Below, one piece after another: positions 27,874 to 38,178 of a stretch of 64,000 bases of DNA. Both the position numbers and the translations under genes were made by a program. A model generated the notes under the pieces. The model did no database searches, was not told the DNA's origin, and saw nothing but the letters and a program-made list of their open reading frames with translations. Source of the DNA: an uncultured Bifidobacteriaceae bacterium. GTDB lineage: Bacteria > Actinomycetota > Actinomycetes > S36-B12 > CAIYMF01. The stretch is taken from NCBI GenBank assembly GCA_964638055.1, contig CAZWXF010000001.1:63115-127114 (forward strand). Direction: 5' to 3'. Each line of letters starts with the position of its first letter. The first letter of the stretch is position 1.

Positions 27874-29327
27874 CCGGCATGGATGTCTCCCTCCTCGCCC
27901 GGGAGTCGGACTGGTCGCGCACGCGCGTGGGAGTCGTCGGGATCGGCATCGCCGGCGGTGCCGCGGCACTGGCCACGGCCAGCCTCGGGGCATCGGTCGT
28001 CGCGGTGGACGCAGGCTCCGGTCCGGCCCATGACGAGCGGGCGGTGCGGCTGCGGGCCGCGGGGGTCGAGGTGCACCTTGGGGCCGCCCAGGAGCTCCCC
28101 GTGGGCCTGGACGTGCTCGTCGTGTCCCCGGGCCTGCCGCCCCACGCCCCGATCATCGCCGCCGCGCGGACGGCCGGTGTGCCGGTCTGGGGCGAGCTGG
28201 AGCTGGCCTGGCGGCTGCGCCCGGCAGATGCCGCCCCCTGGCTGGCGATCACCGGGACGAACGGCAAGACCACCACGACCCTCATGCTCGAGTCGATGCT
28301 GCGGGCCGCAGGGATGCGCACGGTGGCAGCCGGGAACATCGGTGTGTCCATGGTCGAGGTCGTCATGGGCGAGGCCGCGCCCGGGGGGACACTCGACGCG
28401 ATCGCCGTCGAGGTCGGCGCACCCCAGCTGCCGTTCCTGCATTCCATGAGCCCGCTGGCATCGGTCTGCCTCAACATCGCCGAGGACCACGTCGATCTCT
28501 TCGGCTCGTTCGGGGACTACGTCGCGGCCAAGGCACGCATCTACGAGCGGACCCAGCTGGCAGCGGTCTACAACGTGGCGGACGAGGTCACCCGGCGCAT
28601 GGTCGAGGAGGCAGACGTCGTCGAGGGGTGCCGTGCCATCGGCTTCACGCTGGGCGTCCCGGCCCTGTCCATGCTGGGCGTCGTCGAGGGCATCCTCGTG
28701 GACCGGGCGTACGTGACCAACCGGATCTCCTCGGCCCAGGAGCTGGCCGTCGTCGCCGACGTCCACCCCGCGGCGTCCCACAACGTGGCCAACGCGCTGG
28801 CCGCCGCGGCGCTGGGCAGGGCCGCGGGCATCCCGGCGACCGCTGTCCGCGACGGCCTTCGCAGCTTCGCCCCCGCGGCCCACCGGATCGCCACGGTGGC
28901 CACGATCGAGGAGGTGACCTGGATCGACGACTCCAAGGCCACCAACTGCCACGCCGCGCAGACGTCCCTGGCCGCCTACGACCGGGTCGTGTGGATCGCC
29001 GGGGGGATGGCGAAGGGGCAGTCGTTCGACGAGCTGGTCGAGTCGACCGCGTCCCACATGGTCGGAGTCGTGCTGCTGGGCGTCGACCGCGACCGGATCG
29101 CCGAGGCGCTGGCGCGACACGCCCCGCACCTGCCGGTCCACATCGTCTCGCGCGCGGACACTGGGGCCATGTCTGATGTGGTCGGCGCCGCCGCGTCGAT
29201 GGCCAGCCCCGGGGACACCGTCCTGCTCGCCCCCGGTTGCGCCTCGTGGGACATGTTCCGCGACTACGCGCAGCGCGGCGACCTGTTCGCCGAGGCGGTG
29301 GCTGCGCTGGGTCGAGGCCGCCGGTGA
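27870..29327 (+). CDS. murD: UDP-N-acetylmuramoylalanine--D-glutamate ligase
   Basis: ITGTNGKTTTT and WIDDSKATN are present. The GTG at 27870 overlaps the mraY stop; the ATG at 27879 is also possible. Confidence 0.9.
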   Translation: MTGMDVSLLARESDWSRTRVGVVGIGIAGGAAALATASLGASVVAVDAGSGPAHDERAVRLRAAGVEVHLGAAQELPVGLDVLVVSPGLPPHAPIIAAARTAGVPVWGELELAWRLRPADAAPWLAITGTNGKTTTTLMLESMLRAAGMRTVAAGNIGVSMVEVVMGEAAPGGTLDAIAVEVGAPQLPFLHSMSPLASVCLNIAEDHVDLFGSFGDYVAAKARIYERTQLAAVYNVADEVTRRMVEEADVVEGCRAIGFTLGVPALSMLGVVEGILVDRAYVTNRISSAQELAVVADVHPAASHNVANALAAAALGRAAGIPATAVRDGLRSFAPAAHRIATVATIEEVTWIDDSKATNCHAAQTSLAAYDRVVWIAGGMAKGQSFDELVESTASHMVGVVLLGVDRDRIAEALARHAPHLPVHIVSRADTGAMSDVVGAAASMASPGDTVLLAPGCASWDMFRDYAQRGDLFAEAVAALGRGRR

Positions 29328-30601
29328 GCGACGGGGATCCTCCCGACGGCCCGGCGCGCACGTCGCTGCGCCATCGGCTCGACGACCATCCGATGGCGCC
29401 CTACTACCTGATCTTCGGTGCCTCCATGCTGCTGCTGGCCACGGGCCTGATGATGGTCCTCAGCGCGTCGAGCATCGAGTCCTACGACATCCACGGCTCG
29501 GCCTTCACCCTGTTCAGCCGACAGGCGGCCTTCGCCGTGGCGGGGCTGGCGGCGATGGCCCTCATCTCGCGGCTGTCGGTCGGCACCCTCAAGCGGATCG
29601 CCCCCTGGTTCCTGATCCTCTCGGTCGTGCTGCTGGTCGTCGTGTTCATCCCCGGTGTCGGTGCCGGTGTCCACGGCCAGCGCAACTGGATCCGCCTGGT
29701 GGGCCCGTTCCGCCTGCAGCCCTCCGAGTTCGCCAAGCTCGCCCTCATCCTCTGGGCGGCACTGATCTTCTCCCGCCGAGACGGGGTCCTGCACCGATGG
29801 CGCGAGCTGCTGCGGCCGTTCCTGCCCGTCGCCGCCCTGTTGATCGCCCTCGTGCTGGCCGAGGGTGACCTGGGGACGTCGATCATCCTGAGCGTGATCG
29901 TCGCGGGCCTGCTCTTCGTCGTGGGGACGCCGCTGCGGGTATTCGGGGTGCTCGGGTCGTTCGGCCTGGCCGGCATCGCCGCGATGTCCATGACGGCCAG
30001 CTACCGGATGGACCGGTTCCGGGCGTGGCTGCATCCCGAGGCCGACCTCGATGGAGCGGGGTGGCAGATCACGCAGGGCAAGTACGCCCTGGGAACCGGG
30101 GGCTGGTGGGGGGTCGGGCTGGGCGGCAGCCGCGAGAAGTGGGGCGCGCTGCCGGAGGCCCACACCGACTTCATCTTCCCGATCATCGGTGAGGAGCTTG
30201 GCATCCTGGGGGCCCTGACCGTCATCGGCCTGTTCGGGTTCATCGCGGTGATGGCCCTCCGCATCGCGATCTTCAGCCGTGACTCCTTCGTCCGGATCGC
30301 GAGCGTCGGGATCGTCGTCTGGATCATCGGGCAGGCGCTGATCAACCTCGGTGCCGTGCTCCAGCTCCTGCCGATCACCGGTGTCCCGCTGCCCTTCGTC
30401 TCCTACGGCGGCTCCTCGCTGCTGCCCTCGCTGATGGCGGTGGGGGTCCTGCTCGCCTTCGCCCGCGCGGAGGCCGCGGCCAGGCAGGCATATCGCGCGG
30501 ATGCGGCTCCGACATCGGAGGATGGGCTCGACGCCGCTGTCAGCCAGGATGTCCCGGCCGATGTCGGCCCGCCTTCAGCGGTCCCGGCGAGGGAGGCTTA
30601 G
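29324..30601 (+). CDS. ftsW: SEDS-family peptidoglycan glycosyltransferase FtsW
   Basis: The protein is a multi-TM SEDS protein (QPSEFAKLALILW, TDFIFPIIGEELG, PLPFVSYGGSS). The GTG at 29324 overlaps the murD stop (GTGA). Confidence 0.9.
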   Translation: MSDGDPPDGPARTSLRHRLDDHPMAPYYLIFGASMLLLATGLMMVLSASSIESYDIHGSAFTLFSRQAAFAVAGLAAMALISRLSVGTLKRIAPWFLILSVVLLVVVFIPGVGAGVHGQRNWIRLVGPFRLQPSEFAKLALILWAALIFSRRDGVLHRWRELLRPFLPVAALLIALVLAEGDLGTSIILSVIVAGLLFVVGTPLRVFGVLGSFGLAGIAAMSMTASYRMDRFRAWLHPEADLDGAGWQITQGKYALGTGGWWGVGLGGSREKWGALPEAHTDFIFPIIGEELGILGALTVIGLFGFIAVMALRIAIFSRDSFVRIASVGIVVWIIGQALINLGAVLQLLPITGVPLPFVSYGGSSLLPSLMAVGVLLAFARAEAAARQAYRADAAPTSEDGLDAAVSQDVPADVGPPSAVPAREA

Positions 30602-30605
30602 CCCC

Positions 30606-31688
30606 ATGCACATCGTCCTGGCCGGCGGTGGGACTGCGGGCCACATCGAGCCGGCCCTGAACCTGGCTGACTGCCTGCGGCGACGCGACCCCGACATCGG
30701 CATCACGGCGTTGGGCACCCCCAAGGGCCTCGAGGGTGACCTGGTGCCGGCGCGGGGCTACGACCTCGCGATGATCCCGCCGGTGCCCCTGCCCCGGCGG
30801 CCCTCGGCCGAGCTGCTGAGCCTGCCGGGGCGGGTCCGTGAGGCTCTGGGGCAGACCGCGTCGATCATGCGCGATGTGCGGGCCGACGCCGCCGTGGGGT
30901 TCGGCGGGTACGTCGCCCTGCCGGCCTACCTGGCGGCCCGGCGCACGCGCACCCCCCTTGTCGTGCACGAGGCCAATGCCCGCCCGGGGCTTGCCAACCG
31001 GATCGGCGCCCGTCTGACCGACCACGTGGCCGAGGCCGTCGAGGGGAGCCTGCCCGGGGGCCGGCGCATCGGCATCCCGCTGCGCCGCGCGATCGCCGGA
31101 CTCGACCGGGATGCTGTGCGACCCGAGGCGCGAGAGGCCCTCGGCCTGCCCGCGGAGGGGTTCGTGCTGCTCGTCTTCGGCGGGTCCCAGGGGGCTCGCC
31201 GCATCAATCAGGCCGTGACGGAGGCCCTGGGCGGCTTGCGGGACCTCGGTGTGACCGTCCTGCACTCCGTGGGGAGGGCCAACCTCGCCGACGCAGCCGA
31301 GGCGAGTGCGGGCTACCGACCCGTCGCCTACCTGGACCGCATGGACCTCGCGTACGCCGCGGCAGACCTGGTCGTGAGCCGGGCTGGGGCGCTGACCTGC
31401 GCGGAGCTCGCGGCCGTGGGCCTGCCGGCGGTCTACGTCCCCTTCCCGATCGGCAATGGCGAGCAGCGCCTCAACGCCCTGCCCGTGGTCGGCGCCGGCG
31501 GGGGGCTGCTGGTCGCCGACGAGCAGTTCGATGCCGCCACCCTGCTTGCCGAGGTCTCGGTCCTCGTCTCGGATCCGCATCGCCTCACGGTCATGGGCAG
31601 GCGAGCAGCCGAGCACGGTGTCCGCGACGCCGACGAGAAGCTGGCGGATATGGTCATGGCTGCGGCCAGGACGGGGGGACGTCGATGA
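30606..31688 (+). CDS. murG: Undecaprenyldiphospho-muramoylpentapeptide beta-N-acetylglucosaminyltransferase
   Basis: LAGGGTAGHIEPAL, FGGSQGA and GNGEQRLNA are present. I trimmed the start to ATG 30606. Confidence 0.95.
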   Translation: MHIVLAGGGTAGHIEPALNLADCLRRRDPDIGITALGTPKGLEGDLVPARGYDLAMIPPVPLPRRPSAELLSLPGRVREALGQTASIMRDVRADAAVGFGGYVALPAYLAARRTRTPLVVHEANARPGLANRIGARLTDHVAEAVEGSLPGGRRIGIPLRRAIAGLDRDAVRPEAREALGLPAEGFVLLVFGGSQGARRINQAVTEALGGLRDLGVTVLHSVGRANLADAAEASAGYRPVAYLDRMDLAYAAADLVVSRAGALTCAELAAVGLPAVYVPFPIGNGEQRLNALPVVGAGGGLLVADEQFDAATLLAEVSVLVSDPHRLTVMGRRAAEHGVRDADEKLADMVMAAARTGGRR

Positions 31689-33130
31689 GCGGGGACCGGG
31701 ATGCAGCCATGGTGGATGACGCGGCTCGTCCGGAGGGACTGAGCGGTCACGTCCACATCGTGGGCATCGGCGGAGCAGGCATGTCGGGCATCGCTCGCAT
31801 CCTCGCCGCCCGTGGGGTGCCGGTCTCCGGCAGCGACGCGCGCGACTCCCGCCGCCTGATCGCGCTGCGGGCACTGGGCATCGACGCACGGGTCGGCCAC
31901 GACCCGGCGAACCTCGACCAGGCCGACATCGTGGTGATCTCGACAGCGATCCCGCCCACCAACCGGGAGGTGGTGGCCGCCCGGGAACGTGGCATCCCGG
32001 TCCTGACCCGGGCCGACGCGCTGGCCGCCGTGCTGGCCGGCAGCCGCGGTGTGGCAGTCGCCGGGACACACGGCAAGACCACCACGACCTCGATGCTCAC
32101 GATCGCTGTGCAGAACTGCGGTGCGGACCCATCCTTCGCGATCGGCAGCGAGCTCAACGACTCGGGGGCCAACGCCCACCAGGGCGCGGGGGACCTGTTC
32201 ATCGTGGAGGCTGACGAGTCGGACGGCTCGTTCCTGCGCCTGCCCGCGGTCGCCGGGATCGTGACCAACGTCGAGCCCGACCATCTGGACCACTGGGGGA
32301 CCTTCGACGCGATACGCGAGGCCTTCCTGCAGTTCGCCCGGGGGATCTTCGCCCGGTCGGGGTTCGTCGTGGTGTGCGCCGACGATGCCGGTGGCCGGGA
32401 CCTGATCGAGGCTGCCCGCGCCGAGGGCCTGGACATCCGCAGCTACGGAACCGCTCCCGATGCCGACTTCGTGCTGACCGACGTCACGACGACCGCCGAA
32501 GGCACTTCCGCGATGGTCACTTCCCAGGGGCAGACCGTCGGCCTGCTGGACCTGGGCGTCCACGGCGAGCACAACGTCCTCAACGCCGCGGCGGCGCTCG
32601 TGACGGGCATCGGGCTGGGCTTCGCACCAGAGGCACTGCTGGCCGGCCTGGCGGGGTTCTCCGGGACCCGGCGCCGCTTCGACTTCAAGGGCGAGGCGGG
32701 CGGGGTGCGCGTGTTCGACGACTATGCCCACCACCCGACCGAGATCGCCGCCACCCTGCGCGCCGCCCGGGCGGTCGCGGGGGAGGGCCGGCTGGTCGTC
32801 GCATTCCAAGCCCACCACTACTACCGCACGGCCATGTTCGTCCGGGAGTTCGGGGAGGCCCTGGGCCTGGCAGACGAGGTGGTCGTGCTCGAGGTCTACG
32901 CGCCGGGCGAGGAGCCCATCCCCGGAGCCAGCGGGCAGTCCATGGCCAGCCATGTGCCGCTGCCGCCCGATCAGGTCGTGTTCGAGCCGTCCTGGTCCGC
33001 TGTCGCCGGCCACCTGGCCGAGCGAGCGCGTCCCGGTGATCTGGTCATGACCCTGGGGGCAGGGGACATCGTCCTCCTGGCAGCCGAGGTGCTCGACCTG
33101 CTCGCCGCCCGTGAGGGGGTCGCCAGCTAG
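31685..33130 (+). CDS. murC: UDP-N-acetylmuramate--L-alanine ligase
   Basis: VHIVGIGGAGMSGIA, AGTHGKTTTTSM and DDYAHHPTEI are present. An ATGA overlap joins it to murG. Confidence 0.95.
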   Translation: MSGDRDAAMVDDAARPEGLSGHVHIVGIGGAGMSGIARILAARGVPVSGSDARDSRRLIALRALGIDARVGHDPANLDQADIVVISTAIPPTNREVVAARERGIPVLTRADALAAVLAGSRGVAVAGTHGKTTTTSMLTIAVQNCGADPSFAIGSELNDSGANAHQGAGDLFIVEADESDGSFLRLPAVAGIVTNVEPDHLDHWGTFDAIREAFLQFARGIFARSGFVVVCADDAGGRDLIEAARAEGLDIRSYGTAPDADFVLTDVTTTAEGTSAMVTSQGQTVGLLDLGVHGEHNVLNAAAALVTGIGLGFAPEALLAGLAGFSGTRRRFDFKGEAGGVRVFDDYAHHPTEIAATLRAARAVAGEGRLVVAFQAHHYYRTAMFVREFGEALGLADEVVVLEVYAPGEEPIPGASGQSMASHVPLPPDQVVFEPSWSAVAGHLAERARPGDLVMTLGAGDIVLLAAEVLDLLAAREGVAS

Positions 33131-33873
33131 TGGGACTGCGCGCGGCCCTGCGCCGGCCTTCGCAGGACCTGCTGCCCGGACCGGCGGCGGATGAGCCTTC
33201 GGGCGCACGACGGCCCCGGTGGCGCCGGCGACTCGTGCTGGGGCTCAGCGGTGGGCTCGTCGCGGTCTGGCTCGTGGGCTGGTACTCACCCCTGACGACG
33301 GTGGAGCACGTGGTGATCACGGCCCCACGGGGGCTCTCCGAGTCCCAGATCCGCAGGGCGTCGGGCATCGCGGCCAACGATCACGTGCCCAGCGTGGACG
33401 CCGAGCAGGTCCGCCGGACGCTCATGGCAGCCATGCCGGCGGTGGCCGACGTGACCCTGCACCGATCGTTGCCGCACACGATCCGGCTGGTGGTGACCGC
33501 GCGCACGCCCCTTGCCGTGCTGCCCGCCGGGGCCGGTTTCGTCGTGATCGACGCGGGCGGGGTCGTGTTCGACCGGGTCCAGTCTCCCGGCCGGCTGCCG
33601 CTGATCGGAGAGACCGATCCCACCCATCAGCAGCAGGCTCGGGGCGTCCTGGTCGAGCTGCCCGATCACCTTCGCAAGCGCGTGGCACGCATCAGCGCGG
33701 CGAGTCCTGACAGCGTGCGGATGAACCTGCGCGACGGCGCCCACGTGATCTGGGGCAACGTCGAGGACGCGCACCTGAAGTCCGAGGTCCTCTCGGCACT
33801 GCTCAAGACGAAGGCATCGCGCTACGACGTGAGCGCACCCCTGCTGCCCACGACATCCGGCAAGGTCTCCTGA
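33130..33873 (+). CDS. ftsQ: Cell division protein FtsQ (POTRA domain)
   Basis: It sits at the expected position. It has a single TM (LVLGLSGGLVAVWLVGW) followed by a POTRA-like segment. The GTG start overlaps the murC stop (TAGTG). Confidence 0.85.
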   Translation: MGLRAALRRPSQDLLPGPAADEPSGARRPRWRRRLVLGLSGGLVAVWLVGWYSPLTTVEHVVITAPRGLSESQIRRASGIAANDHVPSVDAEQVRRTLMAAMPAVADVTLHRSLPHTIRLVVTARTPLAVLPAGAGFVVIDAGGVVFDRVQSPGRLPLIGETDPTHQQQARGVLVELPDHLRKRVARISAASPDSVRMNLRDGAHVIWGNVEDAHLKSEVLSALLKTKASRYDVSAPLLPTTSGKVS

Positions 33874-34315
33874 CCCTCCAGCAGCGTGCGGTAGGCACGC
33901 GATCGCGCGCTGCGGCGCCGCTGAGCTGACCGTGGGCGCGATGCATGGCGGTGCCTGGACCGGGGGATCCCGACGTCGGAGCGACGGAGGTCCGAGCCGG
34001 CGATCCACGGGTGGGCCGGCTCCGCCAGGCCACGCGGCCCGGGCCCGCGTGGCCATCGACAACTACCAAATGCCCCGTGTCGTCATGCATCCGGGGTCCC
34101 GCGACACGCCCGACACGCCGACGTGGCCGGGAATGCTTGAAACGCCCCCGGGAGGGCCCTAGGTTCCGGGTCAGCCATAGGTTGACATAACTCTAAGCCT
34201 CAGGTTGAGGGTGAGAGTCGGGTCATCCAAGGGTGCAAAGGGCCTGGCCGGGGCACCGGCAGGCAGGCGAAGCGGAATACGAGAAGTGACCACATACCAA
34301 GTGAGGAGAGCCCAC

Positions 34316-35500
34316 GTGGCAGCCCCGCAGAACTACCTGGCAGTCATCAAGGTCGTCGGCATCGGGGGAGGCGGGGTGAACGCCGTCAACCGGATGATCG
34401 AGGTCGGACTCAAGGGTGTCGAGTTCATCGCGATCAACACCGATGCGCAGGCGCTCCTCATGAGCGACGCCGACGTCAAGCTCGACATCGGCCGCGAGCT
34501 CACCCGCGGCCTGGGGGCCGGGGCGGATCCCGAGGTCGGTCGCCAGGCCGCCGAGGACCATTCCGACGAGATCGAGGAGGTCCTCAAGGGCGCTGACATG
34601 GTCTTCGTCACCGCAGGCGAGGGTGGCGGCACCGGCACGGGAGGGGCCCCCGTCGTGGCACGCATCGCCAAGTCGCTCGGGGCGCTGACCATCGGCGTCG
34701 TGACCCGGCCCTTCGGCTTCGAGGGGCGGCGGCGCAGCGGCCAGGCGGACAACGGGATCGAGACTCTGCGCGCCGAGGTCGACACGCTCATCGTGATACC
34801 CAACGATCGGCTGCTCGCCCTGGCGGACCGTTCGATCTCGATGATCGACGCGTTCCGCGAGGCCGACACCGTCCTGCTGCAGGGCGTGTCGGGCATCACA
34901 GACCTCATCACCACTCCCGGCCTGATCAACCTGGACTTCGCCGACGTCAAGTCGGTGATGAACGGAGCAGGCTCGGCGCTCATGGGCATCGGCTCGTCCC
35001 GCGGCGACGACCGGGCCGTCGGCGCCGCGCAGGCAGCGATCGCCAGCCCGCTGCTGGAGGCCAGCATCGACGGCGCCCACGGTGTGCTGATGTCGATCGC
35101 CGGCGGGTCGGACCTGGGCCTGTTCGAGATCAACGAGGCGGCTCGCCTGGTGTCGGAGGCTGCCCACGCGGACGCCAACATCATCTTCGGCGCGGTCATC
35201 GACGACACGCTCGGCGACGAGGTGCGCGTGACCGTCATCGCGGCCGGGTTCGACGGCGGCCACCTGCCGACGCGCCGGGACTCGCTGGCGAATCGCCGAT
35301 CGGGGGCCCCGGACGCGTCCCCGGCGCCGACGCGCCCCGAGACGCCGGCAATGGCCACGGTGGGCGCGCCCTCGCTGGCGATGCCCCCCGGCGTCCCACC
35401 GGCCGACCGCGGCGTCGACCTGCGCAACAACAACGGTGCCAGGCGCACGATCGCGTTCGACGACTCTGACGAGCTCGACGTCCCGGACTTCCTGAAGTAG
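34316..35500 (+). CDS. ftsZ: Cell division GTPase FtsZ
   Basis: I chose GTG 34316, preceded by a [26 protein letters not shown], the tubulin signature [13 protein letters not shown], and the C-terminal peptide [13 protein letters not shown] are present. Confidence 0.95.
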   Translation: MAAPQNYLAVIKVVGIGGGGVNAVNRMIEVGLKGVEFIAINTDAQALLMSDADVKLDIGRELTRGLGAGADPEVGRQAAEDHSDEIEEVLKGADMVFVTAGEGGGTGTGGAPVVARIAKSLGALTIGVVTRPFGFEGRRRSGQADNGIETLRAEVDTLIVIPNDRLLALADRSISMIDAFREADTVLLQGVSGITDLITTPGLINLDFADVKSVMNGAGSALMGIGSSRGDDRAVGAAQAAIASPLLEASIDGAHGVLMSIAGGSDLGLFEINEAARLVSEAAHADANIIFGAVIDDTLGDEVRVTVIAAGFDGGHLPTRRDSLANRRSGAPDASPAPTRPETPAMATVGAPSLAMPPGVPPADRGVDLRNNNGARRTIAFDDSDELDVPDFLK

Positions 35501-35511
35501 TTCCGCCCGCG

Positions 35512-36381
35512 ATGATCCACGAGCGCCTCGACCTCACCCTCCCCGGTGGGGTCGGGGCGCATCTGGTCTTCACGGACCGGGGGATGCGACGGGCGGGACG
35601 TCCCGCTGGGCACATCTCGGCGTCGGGGGTGGCGTCCGCGTCCGACGAGGTCCGGCAGCTCGGGGCGTCGGGCTCGACCATCGTCGAGACCGGGCACGCG
35701 GCGTCCGCGACCGGCGCACGACGGCCGTACGAGCAGGCCAACGTCGGCTCTCACGTCGGCGACGACCCGGACCACGTCCGGGCGAACCGCGCCGAGCTCG
35801 CGCACCTGATGGGAGTCGGCCCGGGCCAGATGGCCATCATGCGGCCCGACCACGGTCGCGGGGTCGCCGTGATCCGCGAGCCCGCCGGGATCGATCCCGA
35901 GGAGGAGGTGGCCGACGTGGACGCCCTGGTGACCGATCGCCCGGGCGTGGCGCTCGTGGCCCTGGGAGCGGATTGTGCCCCGGTGCTGCTCGTGGGGCGA
36001 CGGGCCGTCGCAGCGGTCCACAGCGGGTGGCGCGGGCTGATGGTCGATGTGGTCGGTGCGGCCATGGAGCACCTCACGGAGCTGGACCCGGGACCATTCC
36101 AGGCCGTGATCGGCCCCGCGATCTGCGGAGGGTGCTACGCGGTCCCGCCGGAGCGGGCGGATCTCGTGGCCGGCGGGCGGCCAGAGGCGGTCGTCACGGC
36201 CAGGGATGGCCAGCCCGGCATCGACCTGCGCCGCGGCCTGAGCGCGAGGCTCGCGGAGCTGGGCGTCGGTGCACGGCTCGTCGGGGGTTGCACCCTGGAG
36301 GACCCTGCCCTGTTCTCGCATCGGCGCCTGGCGCCCACGGGTCGCCAGGCCGGAGCTGTCGTCCTGTGCGGGGGTCCGTGA
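35512..36381 (+). CDS. pgeF: PgeF/YfiH (DUF152) purine nucleoside phosphorylase / laccase-domain protein, with an N-terminal insertion
   Basis: VFTDRG ... PYEQANVGSHVGDDPDHVRANR, ADCAPVLL, AAVHSGWRG and CGGCY are present. About 45 extra residues lie between FTDRG and PY. Confidence 0.85.
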   Translation: MIHERLDLTLPGGVGAHLVFTDRGMRRAGRPAGHISASGVASASDEVRQLGASGSTIVETGHAASATGARRPYEQANVGSHVGDDPDHVRANRAELAHLMGVGPGQMAIMRPDHGRGVAVIREPAGIDPEEEVADVDALVTDRPGVALVALGADCAPVLLVGRRAVAAVHSGWRGLMVDVVGAAMEHLTELDPGPFQAVIGPAICGGCYAVPPERADLVAGGRPEAVVTARDGQPGIDLRRGLSARLAELGVGARLVGGCTLEDPALFSHRRLAPTGRQAGAVVLCGGP

Positions 36382-37094
36382 TGGTCACGTCACGGCGCGC
36401 CGAGCTGGCAGCGAACCTCGCTCGGGCACGCGGGAGGATCGCGGCCGCCTGCGCCGCGGCCGGCCGCTCGCCGCAGGGCGTGACACTGGTGGCCGTCACC
36501 AAGACGTGGCCGATCCAGGACATCGCCGCGCTGGCTGACCTCGGTGTCCGGGACTTCGGGGAGAACCGCGATCAGGAGGCCCGGCGCAAGGCCCAGGAGC
36601 TCGCGGGCCTCCCCATCACCTGGCACTTCGTCGGGCAGGTGCAGCGGAACAAGGCTGCCTCGGTCGCTTCATACGCCGACATCGTCGAGTCTGTCGACCG
36701 ACTCCCCCTCGTCGGGGCTCTGGATGTCGGGGCGTCGCGTGCCGGGCGTCGGATCGGAACGTGCATCCAGGTGAGCCTGGCCCCTGACGAGGACCGCGGC
36801 AGCGCCGCTCGCGGTGGAGCCAGGCCGGCCGACGTCGAGACCCTGGCCGGGGCTGTCGAGGCCGCTTCCTGCCTGGACCTGCGCGGTGTCATGGCTGTAG
36901 CGCCGCTCGGGGCAGATCCCGTCGGAGCCTTCGAGCGCCTGGGCCGGATGCACCGAGCGCTGCTTCGGGATCACCCGGACGCGTGGATGGTCTCGGCCGG
37001 CATGTCCTCTGACCTGGAGGCCGCCATCGCCTGCGGGGCGACACACGTAAGGCTGGGCAGCGCGCTGCTCGGGCACCGAGAATCCCTCAAGTAA
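36381..37094 (+). CDS. yggS: YggS/YlmE-family pyridoxal-phosphate homeostasis protein
   Basis: [10 protein letters not shown] (the PLP lysine), [20 protein letters not shown] and [10 protein letters not shown] are present. The start overlaps the pgeF stop (TGATG). Confidence 0.9.
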   Translation: MVTSRRAELAANLARARGRIAAACAAAGRSPQGVTLVAVTKTWPIQDIAALADLGVRDFGENRDQEARRKAQELAGLPITWHFVGQVQRNKAASVASYADIVESVDRLPLVGALDVGASRAGRRIGTCIQVSLAPDEDRGSAARGGARPADVETLAGAVEAASCLDLRGVMAVAPLGADPVGAFERLGRMHRALLRDHPDAWMVSAGMSSDLEAAIACGATHVRLGSALLGHRESLK

Positions 37095-37152
37095 CCTAGC
37101 GCCACGACCGCAAGGCCCCCAGGGACCGGGCGGCTGGCAAGAAGGAGCTGAC

Positions 37153-37806
37153 ATGGCCGGCACGATGCGAAAGATGGCCGTCTACCTCGGTCTGGTCGAG
37201 GACGACCTCGAGGACGTCTATGACGAGATCGCCGACGACGAGCCGGCTCCCGTCCGCCCGCGGGAACCCCAGCCCATGACCAGCCAGCCCCGTGTCGACG
37301 TGCGGACGCCCGATCCCAGGGCCGTGGACGTCCGGGCTGAGCGCGAGCCCGCCGCCGAGTCGCGCGGCTACCGTCCCGCATCCGAGCCCCGGGCCCGCAC
37401 CGCGCCCACGTTCGCCACGAGGGCGCCCAGCACGGCCGCGCCGGTGCCAGCCGTTGCCGTGACCGCGCCGCAGGGATCCCGGGAGCGTTCGCAGGGGGCC
37501 CGACCGAGCAGCCCGAGCGGCGCGGACGTGCACCGCATCACTGCTCAGCATCCACGCAGCTACAACGATGCGCGTCGGATCGGGGAGGAGTTCCGAGAGG
37601 GCACGCCGGTGATCATCAATCTGACCGGGATGGAGGACCGCGACGCCAAGCGCATCGTCGACTTCGCCGCCGGCCTCGTCTTCGGGCTCCACGGATCCAT
37701 CGAGCGCATCACCAACAAGGTGTTCCTGCTCTCGCCCGCCAACGTCGACGTCGGGGCCGAGGCCCGGGCGCAGATCGCGCAGGATGGCTTCTTCAATCAG
37801 AGTTGA
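37153..37806 (+). CDS. sepF: Cell division protein SepF
   Basis: The N-terminus reads [14 protein letters not shown]. The C-terminal domain contains [40 protein letters not shown]. Confidence 0.95.
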   Translation: MAGTMRKMAVYLGLVEDDLEDVYDEIADDEPAPVRPREPQPMTSQPRVDVRTPDPRAVDVRAEREPAAESRGYRPASEPRARTAPTFATRAPSTAAPVPAVAVTAPQGSRERSQGARPSSPSGADVHRITAQHPRSYNDARRIGEEFREGTPVIINLTGMEDRDAKRIVDFAAGLVFGLHGSIERITNKVFLLSPANVDVGAEARAQIAQDGFFNQS

Positions 37807-37809
37807 TGC

Positions 37810-38094
37810 ATGAACGTCCTGGTCTCCCTCGCCTCCGCAGCGATCACGGTCTTCCTGCTGCTCCTCATCGCCCGAATGATCATCTCGTTGATCGTCGTCT
37901 TCGCGAGGGACTACCAGCCCACCGGTCCAGTGGTCGTGGTCTTCGAATCCGTCATGATCGCCACCGACCCGCCGCTGAAGCTCTTCCGGCGCTTCATCCC
38001 AAGACTGCGGATCGGCCAGGTCCAGTTCGATCTCGCCTTCCTGGTCCTGTTCATCGCCCTGCAGGTGTGTCTGCGCCTGCTGGCCTCCGTCTGA
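37810..38094 (+). CDS. yggT: YggT/YlmG-family membrane protein
   Basis: It is 94 aa with two TM segments and sits at the conserved position after sepF. Confidence 0.85.
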   Translation: MNVLVSLASAAITVFLLLLIARMIISLIVVFARDYQPTGPVVVVFESVMIATDPPLKLFRRFIPRLRIGQVQFDLAFLVLFIALQVCLRLLASV

Positions 38095-38178
38095 TCCGGG
38101 CGGTCGCTCCCGGGCGCGGCGCTTCCGGCTGACTCGGCGCGGTGACCCGGGCGCCCGCTCGCCGACCCCGCCGGAACG

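Noticed and set aside
33874-34315. Small ORFs (for example 33932..34162 and 33945..34190) and a TTGACA hexamer at 34182 in the 442-bp ftsQ-ftsZ spacer
   Set aside because: The ORFs have no RBS and implausible composition. The region is the expected multi-promoter ftsZ leader, but I could not pair the -35-like hexamer with a convincing -10, so I made no promoter call.
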